DNA from: Xylographa opegraphella
Taxonomy: Eukaryota
DNA length: 64,000 nucleotides
Reading direction: 5' to 3'
Assembly (NCBI GenBank): GCA_022813865.1
Contig: JALDZX010000014.1
Coordinates: forward strand, 248,001 to 312,000
Shown here: positions 25,773-37,949 of the stretch, in pieces
Position numbering within the stretch: the first letter of the stretch is position 1
How the letters are laid out: the number at the start of each line of letters is the position of its first letter
Notes under the pieces: generated by a model
Databases searched by the model: none
Told to the model about the DNA's origin: nothing
What the model saw: only the letters and a program-made list of their open reading frames with translations
Translations under genes and position numbers: made by a program

Positions 25773-28577
25773 ATGACTACAAATGATAATTATACACCCC
25801 TTGAGGCCTTTCTATTCTTTCAATCATTGCGGGCCCATGGTATTCAATCGTCAAGCTTCTCGAGAATATCGGAAGCGCTGAAGCAGAATGAGTTCATCAA
25901 ACATAATAACAATGAACGATTCAACCCGGAATCGCTCAAGCGCTTTTATCTCGAGTTACTGAAGGAGGAGATACGAGGCGAAAGATTACAGGGAAACAAT
26001 CAGTCTAGTGATGGCAATCACAATCCCCGAAAACGGAAGCTTTCAACACCTCCTCTTGAGTCTATCGACGGGACTGCAGCACATGAACAACTGCTTCCGC
26101 AATTAGTGAACAGACTATATGCTCGATACAGAGATCATGCCATAGGTATAATTCAAGAGGAGGAAAGGAAGATACAAATACTACAAAGCGACATCAATGA
26201 GATCGAAAAAGGAGAATGGGATGAACGACTTCAAGCGCAGGAGGCGTCCTCAAGAAGAGATTCTAAGGGAGTATCTTCTATACAGACGCTATTGCGCCAC
26301 GACGCCGATGATAAAATTCAGGGCGCGGCGCTTGGTAAAGATGGACCTGAGGCCACAGGATTGCAGAGTGGGGTGCTTCATAACCCAGATGCTGCTGGTC
26401 AGCATGAGGTGAGCGGCTATTCTCGCCCAAACCACATAACTGGCGATCCAAAAAGCAGAATCTCAGATGGAAGTGTCGGCCAGCCCCGGTTACCTTCAGC
26501 GAGTGGTGTAGTGCCTACATACTCCCCAAAGCCCGATGGCTACCAAGCTGTATCAAGACCATCATCGCAATCCCGTATGGATGGGCACAGTACATATCTC
26601 CCACCCATAGGAGGGCCTGTACTGTCCCCTACACCAGACACAAACCGAAGACTTCCTCATCCGACCCCACCGATGGTCCCTCCACTTGCGAGTCCAGGAC
26701 TTTCAAACTCACCGATAATATTGCCACCGCCAGCTGGGATGATTCGTTCGTCAGCATCGCCCGCTGGTCCTTTGGATGCATTAGCAGACATGGCAGGTCA
26801 ACAGTACCGCCCAAATCCTAATGTACAATCACCTAGGCAGGGCCAATTCTACAGCCCACAGTCGCGACCAAACCAACTCCCCCAACCCCGCAACTTTATC
26901 CAACGATCATATCCCTACTATGACAGCCAAGTTGCATACTCCCAGCACTATCCACCATATGGTCAAAACCCTCTGCCTCCATACCAGTCTCCCAATCAAG
27001 CACAATATCCGCCTCCCGCCAGTCCTGCAGGCTACTGGTCTGGACCCAGGCAAAATGGCATGCCGCCGTACCAGTCTCCTCTTTCTTCATATCCACAATT
27101 TGCGGGATATTCCCCTGGTCAAGCGGGATATCAACAGAGTCCCCAAGGTCAACCACTCAATTCTGCCCAAACTCCCAGATTACCAGTAAATACTCCCCTT
27201 TCAGTGGCCAGCCGACGCCAAGCTCATCAGCCTTCTCCCATTGACACTTCTGTATCTTCAACAAAGTGGAAGCGAGTCAGTCTTCCTGAAAGTGGGAACA
27301 TCCCAGGATCTCCCAGTCCACTGGGTCCTGAAGCTGTCAGTCCCATCTCCGAAAAAGAAGGCTCACCAGTTACCGAAGGCCCAGAGCAGTATGCAGTACC
27401 AGCTCGCCATAGTATCCGCGATCGTGCATCATTACGGGTGCGAAAGCCTGAGGATGATACGGAACCTACACGTGGCAAGAAATTTGCGAGGGGGCCACAC
27501 GGCGGTCGTTCTCGAGGTGGCAACACCGGCGAACGAGGGAGACGAGCTGCTAGCATTGCCTCCTCCACGCTTGACGTTTCGGCAACTACAGCAACTCGCA
27601 GCCAGTCACTCATCTCTCATGCCGACGAATTATCACACGACGAACCTGATCTTGGCTCATCTCGCAAGATCAAGCCCGAGCCGCCAGCTACACCAGCGGC
27701 CGCGGTAGACGATATTGTCTCGATCATGTCAACTCCAACCGGGGACCTGGCCCGCTCATCCGGTCGAAAACACCGAGACACCATCCGCAGTCTTGAACCC
27801 CCTCAATCAGTTCGTCCATCTGGGAAGCGCAAACGTGCAGATACTATCGAGAACACACCTGATCTGCCTACTCCATCTGCTTTAAGCAGACCCAACCACG
27901 TTCTGGCAAGCCGCAACTTCCCCCGTACTAGCGCCCCTATTATGAACGACATCAGGACTCACAAGCTCGCATCCATGTTTGCAAAGCCTCTGACCGAGCG
28001 AGAAGCCCCCGGTTACAAAGATGTCATCTATAGACCTCAAGACCTCAAATCCATCAAAGCCGCAATTGGTTTCGCAAGTCGTGCCTTGGCCGCCACGGAC
28101 GACACGGGCAGTCCCGCCATTGGAGGTACCAAGGGCTCTGCCAGTATCTGGGTGGGGAAGAGTCTGGACGTCATGCCCCCGAAGGGCATCGTCAACAGCA
28201 CCCAGCTCGAGAAGGAGCTTTGCCGTATCTTCGCGAACGCGGTGATGTTCAACCCCGATCCTAAGCGAGGACTTGGCCCAGCCTTTCGGACAAGGTCACG
28301 TTTGATCGCTGCAGGGAAAGAAATCGGCGATGAGGATGCGATAGTGATTGACGAGGAGGATGGAGGCGGAGTGGTGAGGGATACTCGGGAAATGTTCGAG
28401 ACAGTGGAGAAGAGTGTTTCGAACTGGAGAGCTGCTGAAAGAGCGGGAGAAGATGGGCGGGCGAGGTTGAGAGGCGGGGAAGAAACGAAGGAGGAGAGTG
28501 AGGTGGATGAGCTGGCTGGGGAGGAGGGAACGGAGGAAGAAGGACCGGGAAATGCAAAGAGGCGGCGGAAGGGATAG
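25773..28577 (+). CDS. BRD8/Bdc1-like bromodomain protein (NuA4/Tip60-associated family)
   Basis: 934-aa single-exon ORF. N-terminal YTPLEAFLFFQSL helical region plus coiled coil (EIEKGEWDERL), P/Q/Y-rich middle, C-terminal bromodomain (HKLASMFAKPLTEREAPGYKDVIYRPQDLKSIK...ELCRIFANAVMFN). Confidence 0.82.
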   Translation: MTTNDNYTPLEAFLFFQSLRAHGIQSSSFSRISEALKQNEFIKHNNNERFNPESLKRFYLELLKEEIRGERLQGNNQSSDGNHNPRKRKLSTPPLESIDGTAAHEQLLPQLVNRLYARYRDHAIGIIQEEERKIQILQSDINEIEKGEWDERLQAQEASSRRDSKGVSSIQTLLRHDADDKIQGAALGKDGPEATGLQSGVLHNPDAAGQHEVSGYSRPNHITGDPKSRISDGSVGQPRLPSASGVVPTYSPKPDGYQAVSRPSSQSRMDGHSTYLPPIGGPVLSPTPDTNRRLPHPTPPMVPPLASPGLSNSPIILPPPAGMIRSSASPAGPLDALADMAGQQYRPNPNVQSPRQGQFYSPQSRPNQLPQPRNFIQRSYPYYDSQVAYSQHYPPYGQNPLPPYQSPNQAQYPPPASPAGYWSGPRQNGMPPYQSPLSSYPQFAGYSPGQAGYQQSPQGQPLNSAQTPRLPVNTPLSVASRRQAHQPSPIDTSVSSTKWKRVSLPESGNIPGSPSPLGPEAVSPISEKEGSPVTEGPEQYAVPARHSIRDRASLRVRKPEDDTEPTRGKKFARGPHGGRSRGGNTGERGRRAASIASSTLDVSATTATRSQSLISHADELSHDEPDLGSSRKIKPEPPATPAAAVDDIVSIMSTPTGDLARSSGRKHRDTIRSLEPPQSVRPSGKRKRADTIENTPDLPTPSALSRPNHVLASRNFPRTSAPIMNDIRTHKLASMFAKPLTEREAPGYKDVIYRPQDLKSIKAAIGFASRALAATDDTGSPAIGGTKGSASIWVGKSLDVMPPKGIVNSTQLEKELCRIFANAVMFNPDPKRGLGPAFRTRSRLIAAGKEIGDEDAIVIDEEDGGGVVRDTREMFETVEKSVSNWRAAERAGEDGRARLRGGEETKEESEVDELAGEEGTEEEGPGNAKRRRKG

Positions 28578-29045
28578 TACTCATGTAGTAGTTCACAATA
28601 TTTTACTTCAGTGGATGAAGCTCGAAAATTATGTACTTGATGGTACTATGCTATCTGAATGAGCCAGGAGGTAACGATGCTATCTCTACACATTTTCACC
28701 ATGGGTCTCATTTTATTACGTCCACCATAACCCTCTTCCTGCGCAAAGCACTTCTACCAGTTCTGATAGTTTCCTCCCAGATTTATATCCCCAGAAGGCC
28801 GCCACCGCTTGCCATGTGCCGCTGTATATACCAAAACTCTCAGCGCTTCCAGGTCTAGTTCATTCTCTCTCTAGCATCTCTTCATTCCTTCCTATGAGCA
28901 CGCCCCTTTTGGACCGTCCTGGCACGACTCCTCGAGGTCTGGAACACGACGCTCGGGTTTCGAGATTAGTACGGGTCGCGATGTCCGTGTTCTGGCGATT
29001 CAAAACAATCTCTGGCGCAAACGAGTACCGTTGTGAATCCGTCCT

Positions 29046-30450
29046 TCAACCTTTTGCGGTGACCGGAATTGCTTGAATCTCTTTCGTCCTCCCCAAGCCA
29101 TCTTTCGCGTAGAACTCCATCGGGTATACTCCATCATTGCCCTTCTCCCAGCTTTGCCTCGCCCCGAGAGTGACAAGTGCTTCGTAAGGAGTGAGCAGCG
29201 GTCTGGGGAAAGCGTAACCCCAATCGATGCTAAGTCGGGGACAAGCGATTTGAACCCAGCACTCGACATCGTCCATCATTGCCAGCTTTCCAGGGAAGAT
29301 TTCGCTAAGTAGAAGATTGATGAATGGTATGCCTTGCTGATTGAGATGATTTTCGATCATTGTCATCGTATGTGGATTGCCTTGGCGGCCTAACGATCCG
29401 AGTATCAATCCCCACTTCTTTGCGGTTGTGGCAGAAGTGATTGCTTGACGGCGTAGATCGTGCATCTCAACATGATTATATGTCTCCCGAGTCAATTTTC
29501 GAGAATATGGATCATATCTGAAGGCGGGGATTGAAGGATTGTGGATCATAGCCGATTCGAGATGAAAGCGGCCGTCACCAAGGTAGAGTATTAAGTCAAC
29601 GTGACTCTCTCCGGATAATCTAGGGGAAGTACAACCCAAGATCTCGCCTTTACTCAGTGGGGTAATCTGCGGTATAAGAACATTAAACCCAGCGCGCACA
29701 AGGTCCGGCTTCACAGTATGTAAGGTTGCATTAAATTGTATTGTTCCAACCATAGCGATGGTTTTCCCGAGGGGAAAGTTACGTTCCAATGTCGCTAGGA
29801 GATGACTTGTATCAATCGATATGTCCACAAATACATAAAGTGTCTTGATCTTGGTAACATCGACAGGTATGAGACAGCTATGAGCGTAGTGAACCAAAAG
29901 ATCGCAGCCCAGTGCTCGAGCGGTATAATCGTCGATACAGCAAGCGCCATACGTGACATCTCCCATTATAAGCGTTTCACTACCCGGGCAGAACTTAGTT
30001 AGAATGTCAGAGATCGTCGTGGCAAATAGTAGAAGCCCCTCCGGAAACTGTAGAGCAATCTTCTTCGAGCCAGAGCTCCGGATACGGTGGATGGTCTTGT
30101 GAATTTCGAAGGAATAGTTCGGTGGTAAGAGTGCAATAGCATCGTTGATATCAGAATCGTTAAGGATATCCGAAGGAATCTGGTTCAAGGCACGGGCAGT
30201 CCGTCTGGGCTGAGCAACTGAGGGTCGCAGTCAATACATATCCTATATCATATTCGGAGGGATACTGACCCTGTATAGCTCCACTTTCTTCGATCGTTGC
30301 GATTGAATTCGTTTCTTTTCCAGGGTTTTCAGCAGCTGCTCTGCGTCCAACGAATCGTTTGCGGGGTATACGAGGAGCATCTTGTAGCGGCGACCCAGTC
30401 TCTCCATCGACCAGCTGATGAAGTCCAGTCTTTGCTCTATCGTCTTCCAT
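29046..30450 (-). CDS. DPH1: Diphthamide biosynthesis protein 1
   Basis: Motifs [61 protein letters not shown]. Two exons with a GT-AG intron at 30218-30269. Confidence 0.96.
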
Positions 30451-30622
30451 ACTAAGCCCTACATTTCAAGTCAAACTGATGAAACTAAGACTTTCACTTT
30501 CTTACCCGGCGGTGATGTTCATCTCCGGGTAACAGAGCTCTAAAGTGGAGACCTTCACCACACTATGAGGCGCGGAGTCTTGATCACTTTCATCCATATG
30601 AAGAAGCAAATTGACAGTCACA

Positions 30623-31884
30623 ATGTTAGTTTCGAGGTGCAGTCTTCGGCGTGCTGTACCCTCCGTGATCGGGACAGCTTGTCGAAGCTTTACAACAACT
30701 CCTACACGCTTGGCAGAGGAGGTACGAATAGTCGAGGTTGGCCCTAGAGATGGGCTTCAGAACGAGAAAAATTCGATCTCACTGCATACGAAACTCGAAC
30801 TTATACGGAGGTTGGCGACTACGGGTGTGCGAGACATTGAAGCCGGGTCGTTCGTGGCACCCAAATGGGTGCCGCAGGTAAGGAGTCCTGGTCTCAATCT
30901 ACAATAGCTTACGGGGTAGTATTTTCACTGTCCTCACTCACTGATTAACCTTAGATGGCGAACTCGGCGGAAGTCTTAAACCACATACTAGGACACCCTC
31001 CTCAGGCATCTCATCACATAGCATATAATTTTCTGATACCTAATTTAAAGGGCTTAAAGAACCTGATACGAGCTTCTGGGGATGGAAATCCATCCACTGA
31101 AGAAGCGCCGCCTACACCACCACCTTCTCCGAAGCCTGAAGGTGAAGAGCCCGCCCCAATCACGTCAACGGAAGATCCCAACGAGATGCCGTCAAGTACA
31201 TCAGGGGTTGACAATCCGGTAGAGCCCGCCAAGTCATCATCAACACCATTCTCCGTTGAAATCTCGTTATTTACAGCTGCAACGGAAGCTTTCTCGAAGG
31301 CCAATACCAACTGCACGATAGCGGAGTCGCTGGAGCGTTTTAAACCGATTGTATCATTAGCAAAATCCCGAAATCTTCGAGTTCGGGGATATGTCTCGGT
31401 GGCACTGGGTTGCCCATACGAGGGTCCAAATGTGTCTCCGTCAAAAGTTGCAGACATCACAGCAACATTACTCGAGATGGGCGCAGACGAGGTCTCCGTG
31501 GCAGACACGACAGGCATGGGGACAGCACCTCGTACACAAGAATTGTTGAAAGCCTTGTACTCAGCAGGAATCGCGAACAAAGACCTTGCATTGCACTTCC
31601 ACGATACTTATGGCCAAGCTCTAGTGAATTCGGTGGTTGCCCTTGAATATGGAATTAGGACATTTGACAGCAGCGTTGGAGGACTCGGAGGTTGTCCCTA
31701 CGCGAAAGGCGCTACTGGGAATGTAGCAACTGAAGACCTCGTATACTGTCTGCATAGTCTTGGCGCCCGAACAGGCGTAGACGTCGAGAAGATGGCAGAG
31801 ATTGGCAAGTGGATCTCATCCGAGTTGGGTCGTCCGAATGATAGCCGAGCAGGGAAAGCTTTACTAGCTCGACTAGCATCATAA
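30623..31884 (+). CDS. HMGCL: Hydroxymethylglutaryl-CoA lyase, mitochondrial
   Basis: Motifs VRIVEVGPRDGLQNE, GSFVAPKWVPQMA, LHFHDTYGQA, GLGGCPYAKGATGNVATED. Arg/Ser-rich presequence. Intron at 30878-30954. Confidence 0.96.
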
Positions 31885-32130
31885 AAAAGCAAGCCGTTAA
31901 GAAAGAAGATCCGAATGATACAAAGTAGCTGCTTCGAATGTGAACTGATTTGGGTAATCAACTTGGCTGCTTTCTCTGACGAATCTGTATTCTGTGTGAG
32001 GGCAATAATACAAAGCATCAGAGTTTCGACTCGATTGTCTTCCTCAAAGCCAAGGACGTCCCGGAGGTCCTTCTGAAATGCTGGATACAACGTCCCATCG
32101 GATCATTGACCGGTTCTGGCATCCTTATGT

Positions 32131-32706
32131 TCAATCCTTACTAGTCTCCACCACGATGTACCGTCCATTCTTCTTTGACGCTAGAGCAAGAGGATTGAAC
32201 AGAGTCTCCTCATGATTTGCTGCAGTAAGATCTTTCCTCCTTTTGATCCGTCTCGAATGTCCCACAACCTCCTCCTTATCCAAATGGACTTGCAATGACT
32301 CCACGGTAACTTCGTTTTCCTTTGCTGCTGCTTCCGTCTCATCTCGAATACTTTGTAGGGGCTGAACTCCAGCCGTATCGACCCTTTGTATCGCCCGCAC
32401 GAAGTGTAGCTGGGACTCCAAAGTCTTGATCATCTTTGACTCTTCCTCTGTAGTTTTCGGTAGTGGCAGAGCTGAGAGTCTGAGAAGGTGGTGGAGCTGT
32501 TTTGGGGTAACCAGAGGATCCGACTCAGGGGCAACCTTGTTATCGAGCAGTGACTTCACTGACCAGGACGGATCTGACAGCAGAGTCGCGATTTGAGCCG
32601 CATCAATCGGTCCTGAAGAATACCAGCAGGTCGGCCGGGCTTGCAGAGGCAGCCAGGCACCTGGGCGCAGCACTCGCCATGGAATTCGGACGATGGCAGA
32701 CCGCAT
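32131..32706 (-). CDS. Mitochondrial glutamyl-tRNA(Gln) amidotransferase small subunit (Gta3/GatC/GatF-like)
   Basis: WSVKSLL..LHHLLRLSALP..LESQLHFVRAIQRVDTAGVQPL motif, C-terminal GRYIVV and an Arg-rich presequence. First ATG at 32706. Confidence 0.75.
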   Translation of the reverse strand: MRSAIVRIPWRVLRPGAWLPLQARPTCWYSSGPIDAAQIATLLSDPSWSVKSLLDNKVAPESDPLVTPKQLHHLLRLSALPLPKTTEEESKMIKTLESQLHFVRAIQRVDTAGVQPLQSIRDETEAAAKENEVTVESLQVHLDKEEVVGHSRRIKRRKDLTAANHEETLFNPLALASKKNGRYIVVETSKD

Positions 32707-33203
32707 GCCTGCGTAGTCACCCAGGGATAGGCCGGCGTGCAAGAATTATTTCTCAGGACAGTAAGGTATTGAGCTTGGCAATAAGGCACAGCGCTAATGT
32801 GAAGCATCTTACAAGCGCCCTGAGATATGCGCAGCCATTTGAAATATACTGGAGTATCGGGTAGGGATAGAGGGCGGCTTGAGACTGCTGCGGCTTTGAG
32901 TGGCAGCAGAGCAAGCAGGGATGCTGCGCCACCACCTTCGCGTTCAGCCATTCAATAATGCTTTGCCTCATTTCTCAAACATATACGGCCACTCCGTAAG
33001 CCTTTCTGGGTTTGAGGCGACTATATTGCTGCACAAGAGTAAGAGTATATGCTGTACTGCGCGACCATTGAATAGTAGCGCGTGCTACATCTCGTCCTTT
33101 CATTGTAGCTGTTTGTAATTGCGACATATATATGCCTTTCTCACTGTCTCCCTCTGGTTGATAGACAATTATATCGCTATCGTTGATAATCATCGTTGTT
33201 ATC

Positions 33204-35464
33204 ATGATATTGAAGGATCGTGCTACGGAAATGACCGGCTTAGGCTCGGAGGAAGAGAATCTAATAGACCCACGCTCAGATAAATGCGATGCGGACGACA
33301 CGAACAGTTATGCCACTGCAGTCCGAGGCAAGGAATCGAAGGGCGTTCTCTCTGGATGGAGATTTGGCGTGTTGAACTGCGTGATGTCTGTTACCCTGGT
33401 GTTGCTTGTCAACATCATTATTACCCTCGTCGTGGGAGCGCATTATGGATACACAGACGGGCTGGGCGTCCTTTTCGACGGAAGCTGCGACGCTGTCCGG
33501 AGGTACAACGTCGTTGGTCATCTCGTCATCAACATCCTTAGTACTATTCTCTTGAGTGGTAGCAATTATTGTATGCAATGCTTATCTGCGCCTACGCGCC
33601 AAGAAGTCGACAAGGCCCATAGCAAGGGAGTGACTTTGGATATCGGCATTCCCAGCATGAGGAACCTTGGATATATAAGTAGAAAGCGTCTCACTCCTTG
33701 GATTATGCTTGCATGCTCATCTCTGCCTCTGCACTTGTTGTGAGTATGATTTGCTGCCACGCTTCCAGATTCAGCTAATATTCTTAGCTTCAACTCCGTC
33801 ATGTACACGTCTATATCAGCTAATGATTATCTGATCGTTGCTGTTAACAATGCTTTCATTCAGCCCGGACCCGTCAACCTGACGGCTGTGGAAGCTCCAT
33901 GGAACGCTCCGAACTCGCTCGATCCTGAACTTATCACTTCCCTACGCACGGCCGCTTTATCAGGCTCGTTACAGTATCTGGACAAAACTGATTGTATTAA
34001 CAGTTATGCACAGGACTATCTTTCAACACGCAGTAACCTGCTTCTGGTATTATCGACCTCCTCAAACAATGCGTCAGCTGCCAAAGTGGTAAATGCGTGG
34101 GAGCACTATAATTTGGTTGTTTATCAAAATACTGGTTGTGCACCGGATGCGTACTCTTGGATATGCGGAGATGAGTGCCTCGTCCCTTGTCAATATAGGC
34201 TTCAGAACGTGCTCAGCAACGTCAACAACTGGCAACCCTATGGTATGAACATAGACCACTGCTTGAGTCAGACAACCGAGGAGCATTGCAAGCTTCAATT
34301 CAGTCTATATCTTATCGTTATTGTGATTATCTTCAATTTTATCAAGGCTATTTTGATGGCCTACCTCGCTTTTGGACTGACCGCGTCACCTATGATGACG
34401 ATTGGAGATGCAATAGCGTCTTTCCTGAATGATACCGACGGATCGACAAAGGGATGCTGCTTGCACTCGAGGCGCGAATTTGAGGCGTTGGTGGACGACC
34501 TAGACAACTCTGACGGACCAAAGTGGGTGCATGGACCAAGGCAATGGACCATGAATCGGAAAAGGTGGTTTAGTGCTAGCAGCAAAACCCGTTGGATGTT
34601 TTTTTTCATGCTGTATGTTGAACCCGATAAATCGGTACATTTTTCTAACATGTCATCAGATACTTTTCCGCTATTGTTGGATGTGTTACCCTATTAGCGT
34701 ATGGTATCGTACATATAGTGGGTCCAAAGGATATTTCAACTCTCTGGAATTTAGGTCTCGGCGCCGTTCACACAGGGACCCTGATCAACTGGTCGATTCC
34801 CAGTACTGGCAGCGCTGGCCTTATAGGATGTGTGCTTCTGGCCAATCTCGCACAGCCCATTTTGTCCTTTCTTTATTTCCTCTATAACGGCCTCTTCACA
34901 TGTATGCTCGCCGAGTTGGAATGGAGCAACCTCATCTGGGTTAAAAAGGGGGTCCGTGTCTCCAACAAACCTCAGGGCGACCAACGGAGCTCCTACTTCC
35001 TGCAGCTCCCCTACCGCTATGCCATACCGATCATGATGCTCTCGGGCGTTCTTCATTGGCTGGTATCCCAAAGCATCTTTCTTGTAGACGTACAAAGTTA
35101 CGACTTTGCTGGCCAACCTGATCAGTGTCTGGGAAACAGTTATCAAAGTTGTGGCTCGCACTTGACCTGCGGTTGGTCTCCAGCTGCGATAATGTCCGTC
35201 ATTATAGTCGGAGTGTTCATGATTGCTTTTGGCTTCTTGACGGGAAGGCGGCGCTACAGAGCAGGGATGCCACTGGCAGCGAGCAGCAGCACTGTCATAT
35301 CAGCGGCATGTCACGTAAATCGCGAACTGGAACCCAAGGATCTGCCATACTTACGTATCAAGTGGGGTGTCATGTCGACTGGAGATACGAATGATGAAAT
35401 CGGTCATTGCGCTTTTTCTGCGCTGGAGCCAAAAATGCCGGAAGAAGGTCATTTGTATAGCTAG
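33204..35464 (+). CDS. DUF6536-like multi-pass membrane protein
   Basis: Motifs GWRFG, HLVINILSTILLSGSNYCMQCLSAPTRQEVDKAH, LDIGIPSMRNL, TIGDAIASFL, LANLAQPILSFLY, QRSSYFLQLPYRY, HWLVSQS, ISAACH, GHCAFS. Introns 33740-33787 and 34613-34659 join three ORFs in frame. Start may be 33231. Confidence 0.85.
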
Positions 35465-35627
35465 ACTTCGTCTCGCGCCAAAGAGAAAAAGGGATAAAAA
35501 GAAGTCGTGAATGAAGCCGGAGGTCAAGCACGAATTGGGCAACGACAGCAGGAATAAGTAACAACGAGTCGCCGTAAAGGTAGAGCAGGGCCGAGGGGAC
35601 ACGAAAAGGAAAGATTAGATGGAGAAA

Positions 35628-35708
35628 GAGGCCATGAAGGAGCAGAGGAGGCCGTGAGGGAGCAGAGGAGGCCATGAGGGTAGCAGAGGAGGCCATGAGG
35701 GAGCAGAA
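35628..35708 (+). repeat. 20/21-bp purine-rich minisatellite, 4 copies
   Basis: gaggccatgagggagcagag four times with single-base variants. Confidence 0.85.
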
Positions 35709-36236
35709 GGCGAGTTGAGTTCAAGTGGATGTACTGTGTAATCCATGTCCAAGGCCGCTGTCTCTTTACATCGTACGGTCCGTGGATTGTAGATCTTAAC
35801 AAGAGCCTTCCGAAACAGCATTTACTTGCTGGAGTACTTAGAATGGCAAGAAGTTTCACTCCGAAGTAATGATTATTTGTACATTATTCCAGAGACACAA
35901 CATTCAGAAGCAGCCTAACAGCTTACGACTTGAGGAAACCATGTGTCAGGTTGGGTTTGTTTAGAATCATTATTGAATACTCTCATTTCATAATTCCTCT
36001 ATCGTCATTGTTATTATGAACAATCTCTGGAAGTCGTTTAATAAACCCTCCCGAAAGGGGTGAGGCCGAGCTCGCCTTGGCAAATTCCTAGCCCTAAGTG
36101 CGGGATGGACTTCAGTACGTCAGATAGACTTCTCGCAGTTACGATCATGTATTTGTGAGCCGTGTATTGTTTTGGCATTTCACTGACTCGGTGACCTGCT
36201 TCTTTCCAAGTCTGAATCCTACAGAAGTCCAACAAT

Positions 36237-37349
36237 ATGGCGCAGGACCCGCGAGCGTTGCTCCAGAAGGTGCCCTATATCTCAGGATAGCTTCATCCGC
36301 CAGCATACACCCGCTGACTCGACTGATATAGGCGGACAAGGCACTCGCAAGTGCCGGCGGTGGCTTTAGTTTCTTTGGAGGCAGGACGGAGAAGTTCGAG
36401 AATGCGGCAGACCTCTATACTCAAGCCGCAAACGCTTTTCGCATGCAGAAGCAAGGTTAGCTGCCTTACAGTTCATTGCATATCACCTCTTCCTAACGCA
36501 TGCTGTACCGCAAGGCAAGGAAGCCGGTCTAGCTTTCGAACGTGCCGCCTCGATACAAACGAAGCAACTCAACGAACCTGACGATGCGGCGAATTCTCTC
36601 ACCGAAGCGTTCAAGGTCTACCGGAAGTCTGACCCCGAGGATGCCGCTCGTGTCCTACAACAAGCTATAAATCACTACACCATGAAGGGGAATTTTAGAA
36701 GAGCAGCCACACATCAGCAAAACCTAGCAGAGGTCTACGAAGTGGAGATTGGCGACCAAAAGCGAGCGGTAGAGGCATACGACGTAGCCGCCGGGTGGTT
36801 CGAGAGTGATAATGCAGAAGCGTAAGCAACCACATTCTGAATTCTATATATGGGTTTCGAGTCTGACGTGTAGCATGATGAAGTCTGGCAAACAAGCTGT
36901 TCCTCAAAGTGGCCGATCTCGCGGCTCTTGAAGGGGACTATTACAAGTCGATCGAGAACTACGAGAAAGTCGCCAAATCGGCCGTAAACAATAACTTGAT
37001 GAAATGGTCGGTCAAAGATTACTTTCTGAAGGCGGGTATATGCCATTTAGCAAGCGGCGTACGTCTCTAGTCTTGTTCCAACATTATCGTAGGCTGACAG
37101 TATATGCAGGACATGGTCGCGACTTCACGCGCATTGGAGTCCTACAGAGAACTCGACCCCAGCTTCGCTTCCACTAGGGAAAACCAGCTTCTAGTGGATC
37201 TTGCTGAAACGGTGGAGCAAGGAGATCAGGAGGCTTTCGCAGATAAGCTGTTTCAGTATGATCAGTTCAGTAAATTAGACAAGTGGAAGACGACGATATT
37301 GTTGCGCGTGAAGAACGGAATCGAGGAAAAGGGCGAGGATTTTTCATGA
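36237..37349 (+). CDS. SEC17: Alpha-SNAP vesicular fusion protein
   Basis: Spliced product MAQDPRALLQK-ADKALASAGGGFSFFGG..GNFRRAATH..MKWSVKDYFLKAGICHLA..FSKLDKWKTTILLRVKN. Introns 36270-36331, 36456-36514, 36822-36883, 37059-37109. Confidence 0.95.
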
Positions 37350-37949
37350 GGAATGCACAGTACTAATCGGCTGGCATGGCGTTGGTCCTTGTGCTTCTTA
37401 TCAATATCCTGGGAGTATAGATTTTTTTGGGCTGAGACGGAGAGTTTGAATACGGATGACATACGGTAAACATTGCATTCTGCGGCCTACAGAATTATCG
37501 TTACATACTCATTGATAGACGAGAGATGAGCACGAATGATTGGAGGCTTTCTCTATCACCGTACGAAGTAGCCGCGGATTTTCATACCCAGTCTCTGTCC
37601 ACGTTACCCTTGTCCGAAATAAGGACCACTATTTGACATCACCATCTTCCACTAATCCTACTTAGAAATCTGCCTCAAGTTACCGCGACGTTCTTCGCAG
37701 GAGCTGATAGATTAGATCGACCGCCCAAGAGTAGACCATGCCCTAATTTTGAGGATATTCGCTTCGTGGTCTGTTCCAGATATGGTATTTCTAATGTATC
37801 CAGCGTATTGTAGATAGTGATTTGAGAAGCTCCTTGTTGACGACGGAGTAAATAGATAGATGATTTGTCTCTCTCTCAACGATATTGTTGTCGAAACGCT
37901 CGATGTTCATAGCTGAACTTCGATAGGTGACTGTGGATATGCAGGTTCT

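Noticed and set aside
35628..35708. CRISPR-like array
   Set aside because: Head-to-tail repeats with no spacers, in a eukaryotic context.
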